A DNA stretch of 64,000 nt. Source: Eledone cirrhosa (Eukaryota). A program made the translations under genes and the position numbers. The number at the start of each line of letters is the position of its first letter. The first letter of the stretch is position 1. The notes below the pieces were generated by a model. It made no database searches, was not told the DNA's origin, and was given only the letters and a program-made list of their open reading frames with translations. The DNA lies in the NCBI GenBank assembly GCA_964016885.1, contig OZ024743.1:357802001-357866000 (forward strand), given 5' to 3'. Below, piece by piece: positions 40,421-53,431 of this stretch.

Positions 40421-40662
40421 TGTGTGTGTGTATGAGCGTGTGTGCGTGTGTGTGTCTATGTGTGTGTGTGTATATATTTGTATAGGTTTTGTTTTTACTA
40501 CTTATCTTCCATCTGCACTGTTATTACTTTATATTTGGGTTTTTTTGTATATGTGGATATTGTTCTTTTATTTATTACTGTATTTTATCTTTACTTTATT
40601 ATATATTTTTCTAGGGTCGTATCCTTGTATTCTTTTTTACATACTCACTGCCTCCATCTCAC

Positions 40663-40870
40663 TATGGCAGTATCGGTAGAGGGTCGGACACCATGCTTTG
40701 CAGCAAAGAGTTACGGCCCTTTATGATCTAAGTTCAAATCTCGCCGAGGTTAACTTTGCCTTTCATCCTTACGGGGTGGATAAATAAAGTACCAGTCACG
40801 CACTGGGGTCGATTTAATCGACTTTCCCCTCCCCCAAATTGCTGGCCTTGTGCCTATATAAGAAACCATT
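40663..40870 (+). mobile_element. SINE family 1, long variant
   Basis: Homology to 1176-1355 with an extra internal block. Confidence 0.85.
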
Positions 40871-40880
40871 ATTATGTCTG

Positions 40881-40921
<41 letters not shown>

Positions 40922-41132
40922 TATTAGTATTAAGGATACTATTTATGGTTATGTATATAATAAAATCTTTTATGGTTATATATTTTTTATACAAACCTCA
41001 AATAGTGAAAGATAGTCATTTATTACTATCTTATTACCTGTAAGATAAATAGCTCAATGTAATAACATTAGTTGTTTTACAGAGCAGTTATATAGAGATT
41101 ACAATAATCAAAGTTCAGTTTAAATCATTTAT

Positions 41133-41181
41133 TTGCTTACAATTGTTTCCTCCAAACCGAGGTTTGGATTCTTCGGAGCAA
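41133..41181 (-). ncRNA. Minimal hammerhead motif (CCGAAGA core), left arm
   Basis: Reverse complement of 41400-41448. Confidence 0.7.
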
Positions 41182-41399
41182 CTATTTAGTGATCTATAAC
41201 ATACTTGACCTCCTTTTCAACACAAGAGACATATAAAAACATATGCATATATTGACCCACAGTGGAATGACATCCATCAAAATGATATAGCATGGCAATT
41301 TTGATGGATGTCATCCCACTGTGGGTCAATATATGCATATGTTTTTATATGTCTCTTGTATTGAAAAGGAGGTCAAGTATGTTATAGATCACTAAATAG

Positions 41400-41448
41400 T
41401 TGCTCCGAAGAATCCAAACCTCGGTTTGGAGGAAACAATTGTAAGCAA
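41400..41448 (+). ncRNA. Minimal hammerhead motif (CCGAAGA core), right arm
   Basis: TTGCT-CCGAAGA-aTCCAAACCtcGGTTTGGAg-GAAA-CAATT-GTA-AGCAA. Confidence 0.7.
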
Positions 41449-41481
41449 TAAATGATTTAAACTGAACTTTGATTATTGTAA

Positions 41482-41538
<57 letters not shown>

Positions 41539-41693
41539 TTATCGGCGCAGTATCGTAGTCAGAATTGGTTTTACTTTTGTATCTCTATTCCTTTACCACT
41601 TCACATTTCATTACTTCTGCACGAGAGTGAAACATGTAGTAGTAATTAAATATGTATATGATACAACATTGATTCTTTGTTCCCTTATATATT

Positions 41694-41780
<87 letters not shown>

Positions 41781-41844
41781 AATTTTGTATACCTAAATTT
41801 ATATATGTTTAATAAATAAACATTTTGAAAGCCCAGCAAAAGCC

Positions 41845-42070
41845 TGGGCAAGGTGTGTTTTGTGGAAGACCAGCAGCTGCCCATGCATACCTCTCTCCCT
41901 TCTCCGCGCCACTGATGTTGTCGAAGGGAAAGGTAAAGGCCGATACAGCTTGGTAAGAGTGACGTCGCAACTCATTTCTACAGCTGAGTAAACTGGAGCA
42001 ACGTGAAATAAGTGTCTTTCTCAAGGATATAGCTCACCACCTGGTCCTAGAATCAAACTCACAACCTCAC
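41845..42070 (-). mobile_element. SINE family 2
   Basis: Homology to 55230-55565. Confidence 0.8.
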
Positions 42071-42077
42071 AATATAT

Positions 42078-44589
42078 ATTGTTATATTTGGGGAGGGTCA
42101 TGTTGCTACAATATTGCCAGAAATAATAATAAAACACACTGTTTGGTTTGGATTGGTTTTCGCTTCTATATCTTTTATATCTCCATAGTTAATTTAGCTG
42201 GCAATCAATGTTTATCATTGATTGACCAACGGTTAAAAATACAGATATAAATATATATATATAGTCTTTCAAAGTTCTTTCGTCACACATCTGTGACATC
42301 ATCAGTTGTATTATTATGTTTCCTCCCGTTGTATTGTAAATCTACGCCATTTGTAGTTTATTTATTTATTTATTTATTCTTGTCTCTGTCTCTGTTTGCG
42401 CATGCGTTTGCGTGTATGTTTTCTGTTTGGTGTGTGTGTTCGTGTTTGAGTCTATATGTGTTTGTATTCTATCTTTGTTCACTATCGTGTGTTTATGTGT
42501 GTTTATTGTTATTGTACTTGTGTATATTTACTTCTATTTACCTTAGGTCAGTATTGTGTGTTATTCCATTCGTTTTTTTTCTGTTCAACTTTGGTTTTCT
42601 TAGTTCTCTGATTTGTCTACCTGTTGAGTCATTTCTATATTGTCTATATTGCCGTCATGTCTTTGTCTGGTGTGTTCGTATAGTACCGAACCGACTTTTT
42701 GTCCTTTTAGTTCCCCACAGTGTTGGTCTATTCTCTCTCCTATGCTTCGAGCTGTCTCACCTATGTATATCGTTGTCATGTTTCTGCAAGTACCTTCTGT
42801 TCATCTTATGCTATAGACTACATTTCTAGTTTTACAATTTATTTGCAGATTCATTCTACATATAACACATTTCTTATTCGTACAGTGAATTTTCTTAAAG
42901 GGGTATGTTTTGCTGATCAGGGATTTTATGTTAGTTCCTAGGTTTTCTACCACTTTAATATTTAGATGGGTCTTTCTTAGGGCCTTTCTACATTGGTTAG
43001 CTAATTTCCCTCCAGGGGTAGCATTCAGGAACTTGACACTCTGGTATCTCTGGTTGTCGTACCATGAAGTGGCTTTCCCTATCTTATGTTTAGTCTAATC
43101 TAAGCTATTCCATGATCTGCTCCTGTATAATGGGCAAGTTCCTTTCTTGTCCATTTCTATGAGGGTCTTATATTTCTCCGTGGCTCCTTTGTATACTCTG
43201 ATTCTGTATCTTTGGTTGTAGCCAGAGATTTGGTTGTAGCTAGAGATTGTATGCGATTGATGAAATGTTGAATGTGTTTTTCCATTCCAGTTGGGTCGCA
43301 CATGCGGGACACATTCTTCATCACTCTTACCAAGTTTGCGATCAGAACATTAAACTTAGCAATATTGGACATTGCTGAGTTTTTTAGTATAAGGTATTTG
43401 GAGGCCATGTATTTAGTATAATGTGAGTGGAGAATTTGAGCCCTCTCGTTTATAGTGTTTAACTAGAATTCCGTGTCTAAAACTGGTACTCTATTGTTAA
43501 GGTGTTTGGAAGGGTAGTCAATAGTTACAGTTATGCTCTGGTGTATGGAGTTAGCTATCTGCTGCATGCTCTCCATTGTGTTATTTTCTAGTTCAGGTTT
43601 ATTGGTACTCTCTTGTGGGGGCGTTCTTATTATTATATTGATATCATCTACGTAATGAGTGTATATGACTATGGAGTCCTTTGCTAGTAGTTTTCTGAGT
43701 CTCCTTTCCCACCATACCATAAATAGGTTGGCAACATCGCCAGTTATGCTGATGCCAATGGCTGCTCCCTCATTCTGGGTGTAGATTTTCTTATTAAATT
43801 TAAACATGTGGCCTTTTGGGGTAGTTTTAATACTAGCCCCTACTGCCTGTGCGACCATTTTTCTCACCTAATCGTGGTTTTAGGGTGTCCGTATGGCTCT
43901 GGTCCACCCATTCCATCTTCCTATGGGAGTCTTTTTAGCCATTGAGGTTATGGGGGGAGGTCTACCTCTTATAGGCCTACTGAGGCAGAAATCACTAAGG
44001 TCATACAGTGTCATAAGTAAGTATACGTGGGAGGCCCAGTTCATCTGTGTCAACGTCGCAGAACTCCACTTCACTATCATTGATTATTTCCACAAATTTT
44101 TCCACAGCGAAATCAAAGATGGGTACAGGGATACTACATCCATACTGCCTATTATGCAGTTTGTTAAGTTTTTGTTGTTGCTGCATTCATTGATTCTACT
44201 GAGGAGGTCCTCTGTGCTGTCACATATATCTAAGGACACCTTAATTATGGGGTGTATAATCATAGAGAGGAAGTAGGAGATCCTGCAGTTACTAGCAATA
44301 TCGGCTCCGCATACAGGCCTTGTTGGTGGTCCTGTCATAGAGTTGTTGGTTGTCTTATGGTCTTTGCGGAGTCCATATAAGGGTGATCCATATAAGGTTG
44401 GTCAATCAATGATAAACATTGATTGCCAGCTAAATTAACTATGGAGATATAAAAGATACAGAAGCGAAAACCAATCCAAACCAAACAGTGAGTGTGTTTT
44501 AATATTATTTCTGGCAATATTGTAGCAACCCTCCCTAAATATAACATTGTTTCAACACACGATTTCATATAAAAAAACTTGCAAAACAA

Positions 44590-44590
<1 letters not shown>
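42078..44590 (-). mobile_element. Decayed Penelope-like element (RT plus C-terminal GIY-YIG) with an inverted terminal repeat
   Basis: RPVCG, GSMDVVSLYP, GAAIG..VANLFM, YVDD, DYPS..VPVLD; NVVYSI..IYIGET.RSIGERI..H; inverted repeats ~42078-42230 and ~44397-44547. Confidence 0.9.
42262..42310 (-). ncRNA. Hammerhead core in the 3' region of the Penelope-like element, partly decayed
   Basis: CTGATGA-tGTCACAgatgTGTGAC-GAAA; stems I and III imperfect. Confidence 0.55.
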
Positions 44591-44622
<32 letters not shown>

Positions 44623-44623
44623 A

Positions 44624-44774
<151 letters not shown>

Positions 44775-45296
44775 GTGAGGCGGGGAGAAATAGGATATAT
44801 TTTGCTTGTATTTCAATGTTGGAAGCTTGATCTCATTTAAAGTTGACAATTGATTCTGTCTAATGCTAAATAAACAAGAAGATAGATAGATAGATGGATA
44901 GATAGATAATAGATAGATTCATCAATTAGGAGTGAGTGAAAGGAAAGAGAGAGTTTGTATGTGTACGAGTGTGTGTATGTGGATGCGTGAGTGTGTGTGT
45001 GTATGTGTGTGTGTGTGTATGACATTTGCCGACATAGACTGGAATGTTACGTCGATGATGTTGTGTGATCTGTCAGAAGCTGAAAGCAGACGATGAAAAA
45101 AAAATTAAGGACGTAAGCGACCCATCTTTTAACCAGAGAAATGTGATCCGAATTCGGTTATCAATCATAAACTATCCAGTCAAAATGACAGCTAATTGAG
45201 AAAGTCACTAGGGAATGGCTTCGACGTGTCCGCTTCCAGCGCCATCTGCTGGAAGAGTTTTTGAAAGATTGCTGCGTTGAAAGGCAAAGAAAAATA

Positions 45297-46190
45297 TAAT
45301 AATTGTTTCTACTTTTGGCACAAGGCCAGCAATTACGCAGTACATTACTGGTACTTTATTTTATTGACCCCGTATGGATGAAAGGCAAAGTTAACCTCGG
45401 CGGGATTTGAACTCAGATCGTAAAGGGACATAACTATGCTAGAAAGCATGTCCCACCCTCTACCGATACTGCCAATTCAAAAATAGTAATAATGATTTCT
45501 GATTTAGGCACAAGGCCAACAATTTAGGGGAAGGGAAAAGTCGATTAAATAGACCCCAGTGCGTTACTAGTACTTTATTTAATCGACCTCGTAAGGGTGA
45601 AAGACAAAGTTAACCACAGCGGGATTTGAATGTAAAGAACCATAACTCTTTGCTGCAAAGCATGTCCGACGCTCTAAAGCTACTACCAACCCACCGCGAA
45701 TAATAATAATTGTTTCTACTTTTGGCACAAGGCCAGCAAATTACCCAGTGTATTACTGGTACTTTATTTTATCGACCCCATAAGGATGAAAGGCAAAGTT
45801 AACCTCGGCGGGATTTGAACTCAGAATGGCAAGGGCCGTAACTCTATGCGTCAAAGCATGGCGTCCGACCCTCTACCGATACTGCCAATCCACCGCCCTC
45901 ACTGCGAATAATAATAATACTTTCTAATTTAGGGACGAGGACAACAATTGTGCGGAGAGGGCAAAGTCGATTTCTTGTACTTTATAATAATCGTTTTTAA
46001 CATAGGCACAAGGCAGTGATTAAATCGACTGCAGTACTTTACTGGAATTATATTTTATTAGCCTTGGGAAGACGAAAGATAAAGCTGGCCTCAGCGGGAT
46101 CTGAACTCAGCACGTAAAGAGCCATAACTAAATGTTAAAAAGCCTTTTGTTCGATGCTCTTTTGTTCGATTCTGCCTTCACATCCTACTT
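45297..46190 (-). mobile_element. Tandem cluster of about 4 SINE family 1 copies
   Basis: Repeated reverse-strand core GATGAAAGGCAAAGTTAACCTCGGCGGGATTTGAACTC, separated by (TAA)n. Confidence 0.85.
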
Positions 46191-46452
46191 AATAATACGA
46201 ATAATGTATTTTTCTTAACCTACACACAATGCCGTGGCTTTTAGTCCAGGGTGTGATTGATTATATCAACTTAAGATAGACTGCGATGTGCTTGTAATAA
46301 CAACTATGATATCAACTGCATCATTGATAGCTGGAAGAAGTTCTGTGTGTATGCGTGTGAGGTAGGGGCCTTTTTGTGTGTGCATGAATGTTTCAATGTG
46401 TTTATGTGTGTCTGTGTTTGTGTGTGTGTGAGACAGAGAGAGAGAGAGAAAT

Positions 46453-46496
<44 letters not shown>

Positions 46497-47001
46497 GGAT
46501 CTCCGTCGGTTTCGATGATGACTGTTCCAGTTGTTTGGACAACGGAACAGTCTGCTCGAGAAATTAACGTACACGTTTAAAGTATCTCTCAGGGAGATGC
46601 AGTGTAATGCAGTGAGTGACAAGGATTGCTCCTTGAATTACCCGTACAATGCATTTTACCAAATGAGTGGACAAGAATAAGGTTAAATAAAGTGTCTTGC
46701 TCTAAGATACAACACGTTAACGATAATCGAAATCACGACCTTACGATCGTAAACCGAACACCCTAACCATTAAACCACGTGCCTTCATGCAAGAAGCAAA
46801 TAGTATGTCGTCAATTACAACAGAATTGACTCCAGCAGTCGCAGCAGTATTAATATCGATAGAAACACTAACATTCTTGGTCTCTTTTTACTCATTAATC
46901 ACAAAGAGTTGGTCGACCCGACGCTGTACTAGAAGATATTTGCCCAAGTTGTTTCATCGTGGGATAGAACCTTAAACCATGGAACCTTAAACCATCTCCT
47001 A

Positions 47002-47036
<35 letters not shown>

Positions 47037-48656
47037 GCTGTCTTTGTATTCGTATGTATATTATCATAATACTAGAGGAAAAAGTCACTATATAAAAGGA
47101 CTTACAAGAACGATTAACAAAATTGTCTTTTGGGTTATTAAACACAAGCCACCAGTGACATCATTCTTCTCTATTTTCAAAAATACCCACACATGCATAC
47201 ATTAATATATAGAGAGAAAGAGAGTAAACGGTAGAAAGCCACTTCGGTCACGAGTGACCATGGGATTTGCATCATGAGATATGCCCACGCACTCCATTAC
47301 GTAACACCCCATGTATTTTTCCATTTACAAACCAATGTGTATCTTTGTATACTTTTCTTATATAATCCAGATGTATGTATTTTTTAAATATATTCTGCAT
47401 ACATTTTTTTTTATATATCCTGCATGCATTTACTGTATACGGTCTGGGCATACCCTTCACATTAATACCATAAACTCCCCATATGTAGCCTTGCTTGAGG
47501 TGTCTATACGCGGATTTATCCACGTTGGCAGTATAATATCAACTCTGTCTGCATGTACAACCCAATGTGTATCTTTATATACTTTTCTTGCATGTATTTT
47601 TTGTATAATCTTTTATGCGTGTGTAGATGTACTGGGTAATTGCTGGCCTTATGCCAAAAGTAGAAACAATTATATTATTTTATGTTATGTACGTACAGAT
47701 CTTTTTATATATGTGCCACCCAAGCTATATGTGATTAGTGCAGGGATATTGTGCTGTCTTAACATTTATGCATACTGTGCAGGCACCTTCGGACTCATAC
47801 CGCCACGTGATCGGGTTGGGTCAAAGCCTCAAAAGCGTTGTCTGATATAACACTGTGTGCACCATCTGTACAGCTGCGCGTGTGAAGACGGATGAGCGGG
47901 TACTCATCGAGTATATACCTCCGGTGTGGGAGCACACGGGTGCATGTATGTGTGTCCACACAGACATGCATGAGCACGGGTGTGCGCATGCCTGGGTTGA
48001 TGTATTTTTGTGAGCATGTCTGCGTGGAGGTATGGATGACTATCTATGGATTTTTCTTTTTTCATCTGTCTATATATGTGCGGCGTCTTGTCTATGCGCG
48101 CTCCCCTGAGTCCAGTGTGTGAGTGTAAACTTGGGTGTATTTGTTGAATACACCTTTGATATAGCCTTTCTATTTGAAAGGCTGTCGCAAGCTTTCATCT
48201 ATAAACGTTCTTAATACAGGTTTTTCTTTTTCTTTTTCTTTTTGAAATATGTAAGGTGGAGGGTATTCTAGGGCTGTGTCCTAGAAATGTTATGCTAAAT
48301 ATCCCTATAATTTTTTTTTTTTAAATTCCCTCCAAACATTATTTACAATGACTGCCGCATACAGCATAATTGCGGGTGTGTACCTGACCGCTGTGGTCGA
48401 GGGTGCCTAGGGACAATAAAGACGTCCAGTGATGCCAGCTGTTCAAGATTACAGCCCCTCTTCCTCTAGAGTAGTAATTCTGATATATGAAGAAATTTTG
48501 ATTGACAGGTGCGGAAGGAGAAGAACCAAAGAGTGGGCAACCAGGAGTGGCTAGAAATTCTTGACCACTCATGGAATGACAATAACAGGATCTAAATCAA
48601 CAAACAAAAGAATTCGACGTTTAAGGACAATAGGAAAATCTGGTTCGTAGAATCGA

Positions 48657-48751
48657 GACGTATCCGAGGACCGGGCGATTTCAGAGTGAGGTTTGATCAC
48701 CACATCGATCGTGCCGCGAGCTGCTCGCCCGAGAAACAATTGTAATATGTC
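48657..48751 (+). ncRNA. Hammerhead motif (CCGAGGA core, long stem II loop)
   Basis: GACGTAT-CCGAGGA-cCGGGCGA...TCGCCCGa-GAAA-CAATT-GTA-ATATGTC followed by AATAAA. Confidence 0.7.
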
Positions 48752-48846
48752 CAATAAATTCCTTTCGTCGCAACACTGATTCTCTTTTTTCTGTGATATA
48801 TATATATATATGTTCCATATATATATATATATATAGACATATATAT

Positions 48847-49128
48847 ATATGGAACATCCTAGACTAAACCACTGAAGGTTAGATTACTGTAGAAGCATCT
48901 TTCCATAGGGATAAAAAGTAAGTAAAGTCATATATCTGAAAAAAGAGTGGCGTAGGGGAAGCATGGTGGGCCTATAATACAGACGTCCGAAGATTGAAAC
49001 TACGCTCTTTTTACAACGTGTTTGAGCATCATAAGTTATTTTCAGATATATGACTTTACTTACTTTTTATCCCTATGGAAAGATGCTTCTACAGTAATCT
49101 AACCCTCAGTGGTTTAGTCTAGGACGTT

Positions 49129-49134
<6 letters not shown>
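48847..49134. mobile_element. Fold-back element with a tRNA-derived spacer; arms ~48847-48942 and ~49039-49134
   Basis: ~95-bp inverted repeat between (TA)n runs. Confidence 0.85.
48941..49012 (+). pseudogene. tRNA-iMet-derived sequence
   Basis: 72 nt colinear with 59645-59716, many substitutions, anticodon position reads TAT. Confidence 0.75.
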
Positions 49135-49202
<68 letters not shown>

Positions 49203-49209
<7 letters not shown>

Positions 49210-50264
49210 GCTTAGAGTTTAGACTCAGAGAGGTCATTTACAATCATTTAAGCTCTAGGAATCGCTTCTGAGCAGTATAAATTAATATTTGATGAACATT
49301 TACATGTTATAGTTGCAATTGACTAATAAGATCGCTAGAGTGAAAAATCTTAATTCAACAACATAAGGTCTGCCTGTACGATCTAGAAAATAATAAATCA
49401 ATACTCACAGACTCATATGGGCAAAAAGCCTTGATACCTAGACACGTTTAAAATTCAAAATACAAACTTTTTCCGCAGATCGGTCAGAACTTCAAACTTC
49501 AAACATGTTTCACAAAGGATGGTATAATAGTAAAATAAAATAGGTACCAAGGCTTTTTGCCCATATGAGTCTGTGAGTTTGATTTATTATTTTCTAGATC
49601 GTACAGGCAGACCTTATGTTGTTGAATTAAGATTTTTCACTCTAGCGATCTTATTAGTCAATTGCAACTATAACATGTAAATGTTCATCAAATATTAATT
49701 TATACTGCTCAGAAGCGATTCCTAGAGCTGAAATGATTGTAAATGACCTCTCTGAGTCTAAACTCTAAGCTATTTATCACTGCTCCCCAAGGTGAGCTGA
49801 ATTTTGTAATCCCATACAAACGGCTGTTATTTCTAGCACTATGTGTGGGACGTTAGAGGACTGGAATAAGCCGTGTGCAAAACCTCGTGTATTTTCGCTA
49901 CGCTAACCAGACCTTAGATATTTTTCTGAGGTTGAGTTATTTTATTTTTATCTGGGTACCTATTGATAAACACAGAAAAAGTTGATTAACTCACTGCTAA
50001 TTAGTTAATTATTTTACTATTATACCATCCTTTGTGAAACATGTTTGAAGTTTGAAGTTCTGACCGATCTGCGGAAAAAGTTTGTATTTTGAATTTTAAA
50101 CGTGTCTAGGTACCAAGGCTTTTTGCCCATATGAGTCTGTGAGTATTGATTTATTATTTTCTAGATCGTACAGGCAGACCTTGTGTTGTTGAATTAAGAT
50201 TTTTCACTCTAGCGATCTTATTAGTCAATTGCAACTATAACATGTAAATGTTCATCAAATATTA

Positions 50265-50272
<8 letters not shown>
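49203..50272. mobile_element. Non-coding element: inverted segment plus partial tandem of a 566-bp unit
   Basis: Direct repeat starts at 49541 and 50107; 49203-49538 is the reverse complement of the junction-spanning segment; (TA)n flanks. Confidence 0.85.
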
Positions 50273-50315
<43 letters not shown>

Positions 50316-50959
50316 AGAAAAAAGAGAATCAGTGTTGCGACGAAAGGAATTTATTGGACATATTACAATTGTTTCCATATTGTTTACATATATATATATA
50401 TATGTACTATTATCTGCTTATTGTTTGTAGGTTGGCTGGTTTATTTTGTCAAGTAGTTATTTTACTACAATCAGAAACGTTTGTAGAGAATTTGTATTTA
50501 AGGGGACGTCACTCTGTCCTATATTCTAATAGCTTGGATACAAAGTCCTGTCGCATTTTAAACATGACTTTGAAGACACTTTTTCAATGTTGACTGCAAT
50601 ATATACTTTTCCTTTTTTGTTCGTTTTTTTTTCTGTATAATTTAATGCTATATTGATTAATATTATGCAAGTTAACTCATCTAGAGTGAGTGCTGGTCAG
50701 ACACTTATAAGATATTGTATGCTGCATGAATACAAAAAAGGGTTTCTCAGCAATAGACGCGGCAGTTTTTTTTTCTGCCTATAAAAATGAAGCTCCAACT
50801 GTCTGAACATGTCAATAGTGGTTTAAACAACTTAGATCAGGAAACCTATCATTCTGTGATTCTCCTCAATCAGGGTAACCAAGTTCTCTCGATCTCGAGC
50901 ACTTACGGAATGTGGTGGAAGAAAATGTAAGCAAACTGCATGAGAATTGGTAAATGTGT

Positions 50960-51652
50960 TCATTACATTTCACAGAACTGGGAAAGGTGTCTAAACTTGG
51001 CCAGTGGGTGCCACATAGTCTGATTGCTATTCAACTCGATCAAAGATTTGTTGTTTGCCCTTGATTAAAGAGTAGACTTGCTGATCGCCCTTTTCTGGGC
51101 AGAATAATAACCATTGACAAAAAATGGGTATTGTACAATAATATCCAAAGGAAACGACAGTGGTTATCACCCAATGAAAAGGGGGAAACTGCACCCAAAC
51201 CAGGACTACACCCAGAAAAGTTTATGCTCTGTGTCTGGCGTGATATGAAGGGTGTTGTCTATTATGAACTGTTGAACTCAAGCAAGACAATTAATGCTTA
51301 TAAGTATTGTCACCAACTGGAATCATTGCATCAAAATTTGAAGAAAAAGCGACCAGAATTGGCAAATCATAAAGGTGTGTTGCTCTTACATGACAATGTA
51401 AGATCATATATTGCTCGAATTACACAGAACAACATTCTTACACTTAATATGAAAGTTTTACCTCATCCTCCTTATTCACCTTACTTTTCTCCATCGGGTT
51501 ATTATCTTTTCAAATCATTGCAACATTTTCTAAATGAAAAAATGTTTACCAATCGAGAAGAGGTAAAAATGAATATTGAATCCTTCTTTGCTTCACAACC
51601 TGAAGAATTTTATACTAGAGGGATCAATATATTGCCAGCCAGATGGGATTAG
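50960..51652 (+). mobile_element. mariner transposase pseudogene fragment
   Basis: WVPH, TIDKKW (decayed TxDEKW), LLHDN, LPHPPYSP motifs; third catalytic Asp lost. Confidence 0.9.
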
Positions 51653-51832
51653 GCTACAGCGTTAAAGAAACTTTTATGCTGTCAATCGACCTGATAGAAA
51701 TATCTATCCAACCACTCCCCCAAATATATCTACTGTCTGAGAAGATGAAGATCACATTGCTGTACCTTGTTTAAGTAATTTTGATCATAGATCTGCTTTA
51801 TCAGAGCTGACCTGGGGTTAAACAACAACAAA

Positions 51833-51895
<63 letters not shown>

Positions 51896-53431
51896 AACAA
51901 CAACAACAAAAACATTACTACTAATACTATTGCCGAACCCCAATTTGTCGACTCGGGAGTATCTCAGTTTAATCTTTCTACTCTTCTCTGTCTCACAGGT
52001 AGTATATGTTTTGTCCCCAACTAATAAACCCATCGTCTTAAAAAGGAAAATATGTTGGATGGTTTGCCTCTAGATATCTCTAAAAAGATGATTTAGTTAC
52101 AGCTGAAATGATCATAGGTCAGCTCTATCAAGGTTAAACCGGTGTTATACAATGACTATAAATACCAGTAATAACACACACTGTTATGAAGGCAACACCA
52201 AACTACACTCTTCTCTTTTCGTCTTCATTCATAGCTCATCTGTTCACCTCGACATTGCTCATCAGAATTGTTGTCCCAGAAGAACAGGAATATTGAAAAT
52301 AATGTACAATATAATAATTGTTTATATTTTTGGCACAAAGCCAGCAATTATCCCAGTGCGTCACTGGTGCTTTATTTTATCGACCTTGTAAGGATGAAAG
52401 ATAAAGTTAACCTCGGCGGGATTTGAACTCACAATGTAAAAGGCCGTAACTTTATGCCACTAAGCATGTTGTTCGACGCTCTTCCGATTCTTTCAATCCA
52501 AAAATAATGGTGTAGCATTTTCATCCGTCTGCCACAAAAATGTTCTATCTTTATTTAGAATCCAATATTATATTGTATAATATATACATTTAGTGTAGTG
52601 ATCTTCATCAAAGTACGTTAATGTATCTGCTTCGCTGAGAAGATGTAACGAGATTGAAACATGCCTAGAGATGTCCCCTTATTTACAGAGCTAATGTTGT
52701 TTTTTCTTCAGTACAGAATTATTTGAAATAAGTTGATTTTGTTTATATTCACTAAATTAAACATGTCAACACCAATTTAACTATAGCACAATGTATACAA
52801 GCAACACATTCCCATAAAAGAGCGTAAGAATCTTAGACACTATCATAGATAATGTACATGTCATGAAGCATACAGTATCATAGCATGAATAACAATATAT
52901 TCTATGCTCCGTTTCTCTTATTTTTGTTTATTTTTATTTATTTTTATTTTTATTTTTATTAAGTAGTTACTTTACTAAACTTAGAATAATTAGGTATGTT
53001 TTTCTATCGTGTACGTTTGAGGCAGATAGATAATTTGTATTTAGAGAGTATTAATGTTTATCTTATATTTTAGAAAGTAAACATCTTTCATGGTGCCAAG
53101 AAAGGTACCCTACTTCGGCTTCTCTCTAATCACGATAACACCTGATATGTATTAAACTTTATAATACTTCTTTTCGTCACATCATGTCGGGCAGCAAATA
53201 TGCGATGAGCAGTTATGACATATATGTGTACGCACGCGTGTGTGTGTTATAAGCGTTGATCAACATATTTTTTTCATACACAAGATCCACCGCATGGTGG
53301 TGAGATTAGATTGGTCATTTTATAATACTTAGTGCAAGTAAATCAAAGGAAATATTCATGACCATTGTATGATATAAAGTGCCATATATAAACTCTATGT
53401 TGCTATAACACATTGCTGATCAAGTAGAAAC

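Larger units (their letters stand above)
41094..41486. mobile_element. Fold-back element; arms ~41094-41283 and ~41298-41486
   Basis: ~190-bp near-perfect inverted repeat ending in (TC)n(TA)n. Confidence 0.9.

Noticed and set aside
47880-47920. GTGAAGA-GATGAG/CTCATC hairpin as a hammerhead
   Set aside because: Lacks C3 and the GAAA box, and has no convincing stem I
51131-51652. Host SETMAR-like gene
   Set aside because: No SET domain and damaged catalytic motifs; a decayed mariner copy
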